64,000 nt of DNA. It comes from Phoronis australis (taxonomy: Eukaryota > Animalia > Phoronida). Of the stretch, positions 13,185 through 26,600 are shown piece after piece. The notes under the pieces were generated by a model. The model did not search any database and was not told the origin of the DNA. It saw nothing but the letters and a program-made list of their open reading frames with translations. The translations under genes were made by a program, and so were the position numbers. Location of the stretch: the NCBI GenBank assembly GCA_002633005.1, contig NMRA01000052.1, forward strand, positions 398,613 through 462,612. Direction: 5' to 3'. How positions within the stretch are numbered: the first letter of the stretch is position 1; each line of letters starts with the position of its first letter.

Positions 13185-14028
13185 AATATTTTAAGGCTAT
13201 AGATTTTGAAAAAGACCAAGAACTGGATTGTAAATGAAATCCAGAGAACAGATTCTGAAAGCAATATCTCACTAGAAGGCAAATGAACAATGAGTGACTA
13301 CAGACTTATGTAAATTCCAGTCAACAGACTTATATAATTTCCAGTCAAGTTAATCAATGTGCAAAATTAGAGAAAAGATAAATTCTCAGTCCTAGTTTTT
13401 CTGAAATTTAATCATTTTTTCATCTGGTAAAATATCACCAATTTCGAATGAAAATAATAATTATATTATCATTTTTCATTTTTCAAGGGGTTCTTTGCCT
13501 TTCATATTATCAGACTCACAGCCAAGGATCACAACTTAAAAATGGTGAAGCATTAATTTGTTGCTACTTGACCGTCTACAATTTAAAAATCAGATTATTT
13601 AAAAAAATCAAGAAAATAGAATTTCACATGTCCATCATATTGTCGTAAATACCGATAAGTGAACTTTGACCCCAACATGGTGTGTATTGTACATACCTCC
13701 CAGTAAACAACAGCACCAATGTGGTTATGAAAATGGCAAGTATTTTTTTCTGAAATTCAACAACCTTTTTCGTAACATTTTTTAATTTCACATCCAACAC
13801 TTTAAAACAACTAAGCTGCGAGAAAGGCAAACAACACATTTCAGGGATAATTGTAACAGAGTTCTATCAGTACAATAACCGGAAATAATCAGTATCGCTG
13901 TGAATGAAACAGCAATACTTGNAATTAGATTTACATGTGTTGGCATGAGCTAATCAGATTCTCACAATTCTACATGAAATTGCATGATGCACACTGCCAT
14001 ATATGAAGTGCCAAAACTGGGCTCTTAA

Positions 14029-14418
14029 AGGAGTACCTTTCTGCACATTGAAATGTGCTTAATCAATGCTTTAGCTTTGCTTAATCAAGGCATACTTTTA
14101 GCTCTAAAATGATTATTGTTCACCTCTTATTCAACACACACTTTTGCTTAATCAACCTGTAATTTTACTAAATCAATGCGTACTTTTAGTCAGTTCATAT
14201 GGTCTAGTCATGCCCAAGCCCTGAAATCTCACAACAGTGGAAGACTTTCTACATGGGCGCAAGGCAACTTTTGAAAAATGTGCAGACCAAGTAAATGACG
14301 GCACTTTTAACTTTGTTAGGAACAGGTACGTTTCAAACTACATTAAGTAAAACTGCGCGTTGATTAAGTAAAACTAAGCGTTGATTAAGCACATTTCAAT
14401 ATCCAGAATGGTACTCGT
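14029..14418. mobile_element. Kolobok-like MITE (TTAA target site)
   Basis: ttaa|AGGAGTACC...ATTGAAATGTGCTTAATCAA mirrored by TTGATTAAGCACATTTCAAT...GGTACTCGT|ttaa, with subterminal GCTTAATCAA repeats. Confidence 0.72.
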
Positions 14419-16436
14419 TTAAGAACTCTTTGGCGCATCATAGCTATGAGGTTACCACGCGTACACAAACAAATTTTACTCGTGAAAAATGAAATAAAAT
14501 GTTTCTGTACATACAGACTAAAAGAATTTGATGGGCATTACACATAAACTTTTAGAAGCACAACCAAGACACTACCCAAAGTGCTCTCCACACACAGACT
14601 TACCTTAGAACAAGTTACTCCTGGAAGGGCAACTTGTTCTAAGGTAAATTCGCAACTTCTAATCACATAAAATAGTAAAACTAGTAAAACTAAAATGACG
14701 AACGTCTGTACTGAAATATATTAAAATATCCCCATGTTTCGAGCAATGCGCTCTTTGACAAGGGAGTGTTACAGACTGCTGAGTACATGTAGATGGATGT
14801 ACTCAGCAGTTCGTAGAACACCCTTGACAAAGAGCGCACCACTTGAAACGTGGGATAATTTAATATATTTTTGTACCGATGCTAGTCGTTTTAGTTTTAC
14901 TAACGGTATTTTATATTTTTATTCGTCGGTAACTGCACGGCATTCCAACATCTATTTGACTTTTAATCACTGTGTGGCAGCAAACTTGGGGCGGCAAACT
15001 TGGGCAAGGGCAAAGTAATTATCAGCTATAGTTACATAACAGACAGGTTTTCTTTTGTGTTCTGTGAATTCGAATCAGCTGTTCATTGTCATGCACAGAG
15101 CCACACCTTCAGCCTTACCCAATTATCAGATGTGTGTGTGTGTTTGGATGCTCCACTTAAAAATGGGATGTCGGTAGTTGTACTAGTGCAAGTTGATCTA
15201 GGGTAGGGTTTATGTGGATGGGACTGAAAATCCTTTAAAAATTTTCCACCTTGTGACAGTCTATAAAATTTGAGCCACTGAAGTTAAAGCTAGCATTACA
15301 TTTTCTTGATTCAAAGGATTGGAACATTTTTTGGGTGATTTCTTAAATTTGCAACATTATTTGCCAACAAAAGAACAGACTTTAGAGTTCATATATCCTT
15401 GAAAAATAATTGCTGACAAGTTTTCATACATGTGTAATATCAAAGTGAATACATAATGATTTGCTGTTGATCATAATTCTTGAATATGGGACAGCCAATA
15501 TCGCCTATTCCTCAGTAAAATTTGGTACAAGGTTGAACCTTCAGCAAAATAATTATTTTTTCACGTTCCCAAACTGAAGAATTTTAGCCGTACCGTATTC
15601 ACATATACGTTCATGTACTAAAGAAAATGCAGATAATTAACAAATTTACGACATGATAAATGGATTCATTGGCTTTAATTCCTGCCGAAGGCTTTTGTTC
15701 AAACAAGAAAATATGTAGGCCCTACTAAGACTGCTGTACACAAGGTTACAGTCAAGATTTTTCAATTTAGAATACAGTATGGCAGAACAGTAAAATGTTA
15801 CTTTGTTAATTTTTTTAACTAGCCAAAACAGGAATATATTCATTTCGTTATCTACAAAATAAACACATAATGATATTTAAGCACTTTCAACAATGCAGTG
15901 AGCTCTTTGAAAAATGGAAAAATAATTATTTTGGCAATCATTTTGAAGAGACTTAGACAAAAACATACAGAGACAATGTGTGCCTGTGGTTGAAAAATAT
16001 ACGACAGACATCAATACACAGAGCTAGTGTGATAGGGTTTGCATAAAAAATGTCGCCCCAGAGAAACAAGATATCGGAGTACTCAACTGCGGTCATCAAG
16101 AACGATTATCAATAACTTCTGTTGAAAAAAATCTGAAAATAGATAACACAGAGCAATGTTTCCCACATCAAGAATCTTAGACCATCACAGCTGGGGAGGG
16201 ATCAATACCACTTTTCCAATAGCAAATGCACAGATTCTCAGACTCAAAAAGCAAACGATAGAATATGTAGTTGCCGATTAGCTTGAAAAACACTCCACCC
16301 TGATCTCCACAAAAATCTTGGCAGTGGGTGACACAAGCAATATGGCGTAGGCTCCGCAACAATTGTCCCATATTCCCAAAAACATCATACAAAAAACTTA
16401 CTCACACGCGGAACACATCGTGATCATTGACCTTAC

Positions 16437-16478
16437 CCTCTTGACTGATGTCCTTGGAGTACCTGAACGATTCCGCAT
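16437..16478 (-). CDS. Candidate alternative first coding exon A of the SLC6 gene (MRNRSGTPRTSVKR)
   Basis: ATG with a purine at -3 (aaaATG), 14 open codons, donor AGG|GTAAGG in phase 0 matching the acceptor at 10483. No transcript evidence. Confidence 0.5.
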
Positions 16479-17649
16479 TTTTCCAAAAAAAGATTCTTCC
16501 TAAACGTGCCTAGCAGTTACAATGAAGTTAATCCTATTTCCCACTTATCTTGTCATGGTAAGCAATGGCCAGTGTTAAGTGCGAGCAGAAATAGATGAAT
16601 GGAGTGTGTAATTACATTAAATGTAAAGGCAAATCGGGATTGGATGACCAGAATAAATACAATCAGATGGCCTGTTACACAGAAATCCTGGGTCCCTGTT
16701 GTTTATTGAAAACAAGGCTTGGACTAACGAGGCTAGATGAATTTCTCACGCAAACCAACCAAAACAGTTCAATGGCAGGAACATTGTATTTAAAATAAGA
16801 ATGGAACCATTCAAGTATAGAGATTACCTACAGTGGTGGGTAGATTTCTAACAAATCCATCATCCCACAAAACCATCTCTATCCTGTACTAGTGAACCAT
16901 TAAACGTAAACTGCAAAGTCAACTTCAGCTTTAACAATTAACAGACATCGGAGTTAATTCTAGCTGATCATATGGTCATCAAAGTTATCACAACGTGGTG
17001 TAATATAACCTTTTCCATTGCCACATCAGTGACCGATGCTGATAACTTCGATGGACACTGTTCCCATTGTAGTAACACATTGATGCTTCGCTGTTTAATC
17101 TACCTGTTTATTGCAAAGTAAACTTGAGCTCATAATTTTAATCCACGACCGAATTTAAGCATTCCCATTGACTGACACTTTCCTCAGCTTTTACATAAGA
17201 GGGAAATATCTTAAAGACACATACTAAAATGGAAATTTCACAATTAGAAAAATTGTCACTAAAGGGGGCCTTGCATTTTGAGAACCAGTTTTCTCCACTT
17301 AGTAACGCGCATCAAACTGGTTCTCAAAATACAGAACCCCTTTCAATGACTTGCCGAAAGATAATTCCATTTCAATTAGATCTGCAAATGTAAATAACCA
17401 AAATGTAGTGTCATCCGCAGACATTATCACACCTGTATGTGAACGTAAAAAGAAACCTTCATACTGATAATAAATAAAGAAGCAGTAGTTTATTTTATCA
17501 TACTGACATATCTCCACTGATATGAGACCCAGCCCCAAGGGCTTACAAGTCAGTTTAAACATAAATACCATAAATGATCACAATATACTACATATATTGT
17601 TACGTATGCAATGTTTGGTCTTATTTGAAAAATCTTATACATCTTTTTC

Positions 17650-18165
17650 TTCAGCGTTCCCGGCCATGTAGCTTAGATAGTCAGTCTGGTCTTCTGGACG
17701 AAGTCGGCAGTTCTGCCGTCAGGCTCCACAGTTTTACCTTGAGTTCCACCAAACTGGGCCATGTCTGGTGCCTTAGGGTCTTGGATTCCCCTCACCAGTC
17801 GCTAAAGGTGGGTCCTTTCGAGGCTTAGGACCTGGCGCTGTCACCGCCTGGCTAACCACGGGATGAGCACCAAACCATCTAATATCTGTTTGGCAGCACA
17901 TGGTTATGTTTCGGAGTGCCCTTCTCATAGACTGGTTGCCTTCTATGGCTGATGAGCTCAGTCTGCTCAGGTTTTAATGTGAGAGTTGTCCATCTCGTAG
18001 GTAACCGGAGCAATATTTTTACAGGGTAAGGGAGTTGGCCTTGCATCCAACCCTAGTGTGACCCTAGGGAGTGTTTGGGGTGAATTTCATCTGATCTCTA
18101 CCTTTCGACCTGCCTGACATGGGTAGCCCTGCCAGAAGTTTTAAACTCCCGCCGGTAAAGCTCTA
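17650..18165 (-). mobile_element. Probable RTE-clade non-LTR retrotransposon 5' region or derived SINE fragments
   Basis: GC-richer island containing motifs I recall from RTE-type 5' regions (tctctacctttcgacctgcctgacatgggtagccctgccag; ctggttgccttctatggctgatgagctcagtctg). Recognition is from memory, not from a search. Confidence 0.45.
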
Positions 18166-18199
18166 CAGGTCATGGAGAAACGCAAGCTGTTCCGCCATG

Positions 18200-18520
18200 A
18201 CAAGGCATACATCCCAGGAAAAGATCTTACATATGAAATCCATGGCATGTTTCAACAACAGTTCACTGGTCATGATGAAAGCCAATTTTTGGGAATTAGT
18301 TTTCCCATAAAAGTCCACATTGGTTTTAGCAATAAAATCTGCTTGTTTGTTATTAAACTTTGGACATGACACAAGGAAATGCGATTCCGTCTCTGGTTCC
18401 GTCTCAAAAAATTTACAAGTTCTTTCATTTTCACCTAAACCTCTAAAACGACCGACTTCAATCATAAGTGGTAGTATACTAGTAAACCCAAACGTAATGG
18501 AACAAAAACGGATCGTTTAG
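18200..18520 (-). mobile_element. Degenerate LINE ORF2 3' fragment (C-terminal cysteine/histidine motif)
   Basis: IEVGRFRGLGENERTCKFFETEPETESHFLVSCPKF matches the IE.GR......R.C..C....E...HFL..C motif at the C-terminus of non-LTR ORF2. One cysteine is lost and the upstream frame is broken. Confidence 0.75.
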
Positions 18521-21500
18521 ATCGTGAAATATTTCTAAGAACATAAACTGTCGTGTAAACGTTGTTTTGCAAAACTTACATAAACAGGTAACGTTCCATT
18601 AAAATTTTCAACACAGTCAATGTCCAGAAATATACTTGTTACTTTTGGACATCAATTTCTTTCACTGATGCTATAATCATACAAAAAAATCTTACATTGT
18701 CTGTTATTATCCACAGACAAAATTCTATTCCAAAGTCTAAGTATACAAATGTTCTCTACTTTATTCACAGAAACAGCGCACCCTTCAGTCAGCTTCTGGA
18801 AATGATCTAAGAAATGCTTTTCAACTTTTCTAAACCTTTAAAACTAAACCCAGCTGCAGGAGAAAGGCACCGCATAAAAATAATAACAGTTTTACCCAGA
18901 AAACGCCGACTAACATTTGCACCATTTACTAACATGAAATCGGTCTCCTAACATTCCTTACCATGACAGGTTCCCAGCATGCACCACTAACGAATTCACA
19001 GACAATACGTGTATGGGCCATTCGCCAATTTTCATGAGTCACTTATGGTTTCTATGGTCTTGTTGGTAACGAAAACAGAATCCTGATGGTAATGAAAATG
19101 GCGAGATGAATTTTATGAAAATAAAAAGCTCAATTTGATTTTTGTTTTTAAAAAGGCAAATCCCAGTTCTAAATTTTGTCTACCTTCATAAAGCTACTTC
19201 TCCACAACCTAAGAATGAAAACCGAGGAGACTTGCACCAAAACTGTGCACTTGCAACAAAGCATTCAAAATTCCTCTAAAACCTCTTTCATGAAAAGTAA
19301 AATGTGAACCTGTGATAAACATTTTATGTGCATGACTTAATGGGTAAACCCCACTAAATTTAACACTATGACTTTAACATTTCCACTGCAAGAAATCTTA
19401 AAGGCAGTCGTAAATTTAAAAAACACCATACATTACAAAATTCAACTAAACACAAAATTAAATTTTAAGGACCTCCTTGGCAAGAGACAGATATACTGAT
19501 GTTACCAGTTAGACTAGACAGAATTTATAAATAACCAACCTTGATGACTCGCATATCCTTCATGTTCTGTGTAAAACATCTATCACCTAGAATGACTTCA
19601 TCCCCGTCTTGGAGAAATCACAGTATCGAAACAGCCAATAACAGAAACTTCATTGAAAAACCGCAGACCCATTGAGTGACAATTACACGAAAATTCACAC
19701 AGCAGAAGAGGCTAACAATCTGATAATAGCACCACAGTTGGCAAACACAATTACTACTGATATTACTGAGGCGCAGGCTTTACAAATAGAAATCTAAGCT
19801 GGGGAGTGCGATCCCTAGTAAAACAAGGTTGCATTTAGAATTCCAGGACTGGTGTTTATACTCACTAGTGCAGTTCCCCATTGAAAGATATGGTGGAAAC
19901 AAAAACCACTTCAACTCACCCAAGTGGATTTCAACAAGAGACACGCTTCCCCATTTTATACCCGCTGAAAGAATTTTGAAGAGCTTTATTGTAAGCACAC
20001 AGTTTGGGTGTGAGTCTCTGATTTTTTTACTTTCAAGGGGTTAAGTGATGCGGAAAAGTAGCTTCATTTAGGTAGAATATGTTTCACAATGGATAGCAGA
20101 GTTGTTGTAGGGTTGTTTAAGTAAACAGTTCAAAATTTAAGTGTATTGGAACATAACGGTATGATGGAAAGACTAATGTCAACCCATTTTGGCTGGTGCA
20201 AGTAAAGAGCAGCTCACAATGAAGACAAAGGGAGGAGAAAATAAAACAATAGTGAGTAAATAATAATGCAATTTCTGTGTGAAATTTAGAAGTAATTTTT
20301 CCATTAAAATTTCAATTACAAAAATTTTTGCACTAGGACAGGATTTACCCCGATTTATGAGCATTGTGAATTCCACCAAATTTGCCTGACCAATGCCGTG
20401 AAATTTTATTCATGAGTTACCACAGTTTGTTTACTCAATTAAGAGATAGTGCCAATGTCTACCAATAGGAGCGACAAAAATACCAGTATTCCGCAGTGAG
20501 CAGTAATAGTTGACAACACAAATTTTTCCTGAAACATCACCAGAATTTTGAAATACATGAAAATGCAGCTTAGGTCTAAAAATGTGCTGAAGATTTAGGG
20601 AAAACAGTTGAATCCCACTGGGGCTGTTACATACAACTGGATACAGATATTTTAAGTTTGTAATAACGCAGTTGATTATTTCAATTTAACATTGAATACC
20701 ACAACACAAGGGAATATTTTAGAAGAAATATTTGCCCACAGATACACACAATATCAAATTCCAAAGCTTCAGACATCAACCAGAAACGTGATACTTTATA
20801 ATGAGGTAAGCCAATTCAATCAAAAATCAATCATCCCCCGTTCTTGATTATACACACCACTTTGCTTTTAGAGGAGATGGATAGAAGTTGGGCCTCATCA
20901 AAGTTTAAATTTACATTAAATTACTTTTTTAGGAAATGTCATAGTCAGACTAGCTAAGGCCAAAAAATAGAACAATTGTTTAGGGTCTGTGCCCAACTCA
21001 ATTTGAAACATGTGCCTCCAGGTTGGAAGAAAAGAAGGGATCTCCACCCATTACAGCCGCATCAGGCGATGTGGGGAAAAATATCCTGACCCATTTGAGC
21101 AGGCATCAGGTGACACTGAAGAAAAAAGAAAGAATGACCTATTTCAATGGGCATCAAGTGACACTGAGAAAAAAGACCAGAAACAAGTATGATATTTTCA
21201 TTGGCCTTACAACAAAGCTACAAATATCACCTTACCCCATGAAGTATTGTAAGTAAAGGGTGCTATTGTGGCTGGACTAGTTTAGCATTGCAAATTGTGA
21301 AAAAAACATGGTGAGACCTATCTGTTATCCATAATATAACTTGAAGTTTTGCAGACAAAACTTTTGAGCAGCATTTTGAGGCTATCATTCATTCAGCAGA
21401 TGAATATGTCAATTCAAATAAGCATGCTCCTTATCAATGACAAACATGAACCTGCGCTTCATGCTTATACTTAAACTCAAAAATTCAAAAACGAACAAGG

Positions 21501-24500
21501 TCTTGGTCATATAAATAAAAACCTGGCCCAATATAAAGTTGCACACAAAACTAAGAATTCAATTGCTGAACAAAAATATGTACCTGTTCAACATTCCTGG
21601 ACTTCTTATGTCATCTCTATAACTTGTCCACAATGCACATAGCAACAGCAATGTACAGCTGCTTTAAAAAAGCACAAAATCCCAATATCCAATCTAGAGA
21701 TATCAGAGCAACCGCAAGCATTTTAATCCACACCCGGATGAACTGATTCAAAAGTCAAGTTCCAACTTGTATTGGTTCTTGAATCTATTCACTTTATTGA
21801 ACAATAAAGTGGCGGAGTGTCATACTTCCAGGAAGAGGACTATACAACTAAGGGAATGTGAGTTACCTCATGTTACGTACTTTGCAACAGTACACTTACA
21901 AATAGTGCCTCAATAACATACCAAATAGGCTTTCAAGCACAGACCACCTTTCAAGTTACAACTGTTTTCTCAGCGAAATATATATTACCTTTCTTAAGCA
22001 TTTCAGTAAGGTAGATGTCTCTTGCAAATCCTGCATCTGGTAGACAGATTCTTGATGCGATACCATCAGAGCTAGACTTACAAGTGAATTTAGAACATGC
22101 TATTGCGTTCACCACATAGTTAACCCTGCCACAGAATCACGAGTTAGGTTATTGAAGCAAGCACTTAACACATTTTCAATACTGATTGTTCAGGTAATGC
22201 GAACATTATAAAAAATACACAATTAACAGGTTGTTACACGATACCAAAGCACTGGCATGAGTCTGGAACACGCTTTTGTAGTAAACAAAATACAACAATG
22301 GAAAGTCTTTGGGTCAAGTTGCCAAGACTAGTATCAAGGAACTAGCTATATTGTAAACACACGTTTTCTAGGATACATAAATATACTACATGAGCTGAGT
22401 TGACTTTGTCAAGTCGATGAGTTGGCAGAAAGGTAAAAAATATTTCACAACAGTGGTGGTATTAAGGCAGGTGAAAATTTTTGTTTTTATCCATTTTTGG
22501 TTTGTTTAGATTGTTTGGAACTGAAAGTGGACAGAATTTTACAAGTTTTCACAAAGTTTTGATCTTTTTCTACAAACACGACAAGGTCATTGGCATTCAA
22601 TGCTAATGTTTTTTTTGTTTTTTAAAAAAATATTTATTGAGGATAAAAGTAGAAGACACGGTCATCTTAAGCAAAAAAGTTCATCTTCCAGACGGTCCTC
22701 ACAAAAATACATTCACCAAACATGGTAATGAACAATGATATAAACAATGAATGGGACATGAAGATACAATGATTATCAATGACAATGGAATTGATAATGG
22801 TAAAGTAGAAAATTTTATATACAAAGAAAGTGATAATGATAAGATTAAAGCAGTCAAGAATAATTATTTTAAATAAAAATGGGAAAACCATGTACAAACA
22901 ACTGTAGTGTTGCCATGAGATCATATGAAAGACACAATTATCACACTCATGTATTGATTAAGTTGAGCTGTCGGGGGGGAAACTAATTATTTTTTTAGCA
23001 ATTATTGTTGAAGAATGTAAGGACAATTGGCTTTGGGGAATTGTTTTGTATCAGGTTTGAAGATCCTGATTTGTTTTGATGCTTATAAGAGAGCAGAAAA
23101 ATAATTTTAATTTAATTTTAAGCACCTTATTTGCCAAACTTAGGTCCAGCAACTTTTAAGCTATGGTATTTTTTCCAAAACAACTCTGGCTTCAAGTGCT
23201 GTGAAATGTTAATAACAAACAAAGCCAGCCTTGACTTGATGGTGCACGTTAGCCATCCGCTCTTCCAAGTGAAGTGTGGTAGCTCATTGACAGTATTTTT
23301 GCTCACGAACACAATTCTTTTCTCACTAACTCTTTATGTTCTCACACAGTGCAATACTGCTTTTTCAACCACATGAAGCAATTATGTTAAAGCCTTCCGA
23401 CTTGACTGTATTTTTGTTATTTTAGATAGACCCATGAATACATTTCAAAATAAGAAACGCAATTTAGAGCATCATTTCTCCATGTTTACCTGCTAAAAGC
23501 AAAAATTGGCAATACCCAGTATTAGGATTGCATGGCCCAACCCAATAAACTACAGCCACTGATGATTTTGATGTTCTTGTTGGTAACAGAAACAGAACCA
23601 ATTTTACTAAAATTAGAGGCAATTTTCGTTTTTAGCAGGCTACAACAGGGCAAAAAGAAGCTTTAAGCACTCATATCTAGGCTCATCAAATGATGTGAAA
23701 AGAAGCCTTTTCACACCATATTGCACGGAACAAAGAACAAAAGTTCGAAAGAAGCTGTATTCAGTTGAACAGGGGTCTGAATAGAACACCATTTCAGAAT
23801 CCTAGCAGTGAAGGAGATGAAAGTGAGTCAATAAGTCTAACCATTCATTGCATTCTGACATCTATGGAATTTGTGAGCTCAGAGTGATGCTCAAATTTAA
23901 ACATAATGAAGCATGAAAATTGACATGCATAACCCTTAAAGCTGAGACAACTTACTTCAAGAACAGCTCACTCCTTTGCCCTTACTCTTGAGATTTATTC
24001 TCCATGACAAATGACTTACATTGAAGTTATTTTCAACTTAGAACACCAGATGGCACAACTGCGAAATTCATTTCATCAAATTTTTTAACAAAAACAAAAT
24101 TATTAAGAAAATTTTATGTCTCTATTTGCTGAGTTTATATATGTACAGGTGTAATCAAAAAATACATAATAAAATAAAAAATAAAAATTTTGGCAATATT
24201 TTTGATCAAATAAGGGGCTTTTCATATTGGTGCTCTCTAGAGTAATGAGAGCGTGAAAGCGATTTACACCAGATCCCGACTCAGATTTGCTGAATAGAAA
24301 ATCACTGCTACATAAAGTTGTTCATTAGTTAAAAACAGAGGAATATATCCCACTGTCAACCCTTACCATTGTTTAGCTTTTTGACAACAACCGGATTTGA
24401 AATTCTACTAGTTTAAAAGTCGCAGCCACCATCTATGCAGCTGCGGATTCTTCATCGCAGTAGATGTACGGGACATGGTGTCCTTCACCTGGATATTTCA

Positions 24501-26179
24501 AGAGGTTTGCCTTTTTCCATACGCCATTAGTATGTCCCAACGCACATTGGTGAAAATTTGCCAGCATTATCACATCAGGAAAGGTGTTAAAACCCTGTTT
24601 ATACTACTAGGTTGAAGCCTCCCATCGGCATTCCATGGAATCTGTAGGTGGCGCTGCGGAACATCTGTCCACCAAAGACATGATCGCCGTCTAACGGGTT
24701 ATTCAATACGGCGCGGTTATTTCGAAAGCCAGCCATTAGAGGAAACTTTACTGTACGCTGTTCACAAATAGGCTGAAAGTGTTTCCGCTACTACTTTCAC
24801 TAGTAATGAAAACACCCCTAACCTGAATGGTTGCTAGGATTACATTTGGTAAAACTTAGCAGACACTTTGCTGGTGGTTTCAGTTTTTCCCAATACTACT
24901 GGTGTTTTAGTTTAGTATTTTTAACCCTGACCAAAAAACACACACGAGAGGCCTTAATTCATCATTCTATTATTGAAAGTAAACGCGATTTACAACCAGC
25001 ACATAAATTTTCACTTTAAAAAGACTTGGATAGTGAAGAAACAAACGAACTGCTAACAAAAATAACCTCTTTGGGAATAGCACCTCAGTCCGGCTAAAAC
25101 ACTAGCATTTTCCCTGTGAAAAACCTCTGGCAGCTGCAGGATAAAACAGACACATTCTCCATTCTTGTATATATTTAACATAATGGGAAAATCTCCAGCG
25201 TTTTTTTACATTTTTTGCAGCTACCATCCCATCAAATTGCCACTGTTGTGCGGGAGGGATTATTCTACAAATAGCTCAAAAGTCCAATGTCTCAAAATGT
25301 CCATGAGTGAAAGAAATTGCGTTTTACCCATGTCAACTCTGCCCATCTTGCAAAACAGAATAAGAAAAAATGGGTCAAGTGAGACATTTTTTGTGCTCTC
25401 ACAACCATAAAGAGTTACATGTAGAATGTTTCCTGCTGGATATGTTTTCGAATGAAAGATCTTTGTATCTTATTTTTATGGGCTTCTTTCTATTACTTTT
25501 GATTTTTAAGCAAAAATTAGTCGATTTTTTGGAAATCAGTGATCTACGGGAAAATTGACTTTGGTGTTAACGAGCCAATTTAATCATAAAAAATCAGCCA
25601 CTGGCCCTTTAAGACTATACTTTCCAAGAGTTTTTAGATAACAGATGAAAAATTTGTCTTAATGTCTTAAACGAACTTAATGTTGTCATGGCAACAGATC
25701 GAAAGAAACTACTATATTTCAAGCAATAAGAAATAGCATACGGCCGGCCCGTGATATGCCTGAGTACCCAGGACATTTTATCTTAATTTTATTGATTTTA
25801 CCAATTAAGCATTGAACACACTTGGAACACGTACCTTTGACTGACAACTACATGAAAAATACATTTTGATAACAGTTTTATCTTTGTAGTTGACATTTTT
25901 TATAAAATACAAGACAGAATTTCTGCATTTTTCAGGAAATAAAATTCTAAATGATCATATATACTGGCACATTCAAAATAACTATACAAAAAAGATGTTA
26001 ACTTTATAGCCACGAACAGAAAGTAAAAAAGAGTACATGTTACTAAAACGAATCATTACAAAGTGGGCGACAACTGAGAGACCATAGGAAACAACCTAAA
26101 GTAGTAAAAATTTCACAAGATGTCTTTTAAAACATTTCGAAAAGAATTATGTACCATACTACGTGTACTGATTTTATTT

Positions 26180-26600
26180 GCAATATCAGGGAGAGCTTTA
26201 ACTGTAAAGTGCCACGTTCCTTAGCGGTGCCCTCACCTGATGACAAAGGAACTGTAAATGTCAACCCTATGGCACCAAGAATTTCTGATCTGAATGTCAC
26301 TGCAGAATCCCCCAGGTAATCATCTGATGAAGACAACAATTAGGGGGTCTTGGAACATTTCTATCAGGACAAGAGAACAGCAGTCAGTTTCCAGACAACA
26401 TCATCTGCTTCCACACTACAGCATTGAGTGGGCTAATCACAACACATAACCGCTTCCAAACAGAAGTAGGTGCGCATACATGGTCGTGAATTCGAAAATC
26501 GACACTTTTGCACAGCCAGTGACGGATAAAATGCTGGTCTGTTTCGTGATCACTTTCAACACACGTCTTCGCATAGGTAGTAAATAAGCTAGACATCTCT
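26180..26600 (-). pseudogene. Possible decayed RecQ-like helicase fragment (Academ-type transposon relic)
   Basis: Different frames give SVTGCAKVSIFEF (weakly like PTG.GKSL.FQ) followed by VVISPLNA (like RecQ motif Ia VVISPL.AL). Frameshifted and weak. Confidence 0.28.

Noticed and set aside
13922-13922. Single N bases (also 39675 and 57707)
   Set aside because: Assembly joins or ambiguity codes rather than biology; distances spanning them may be unreliable.
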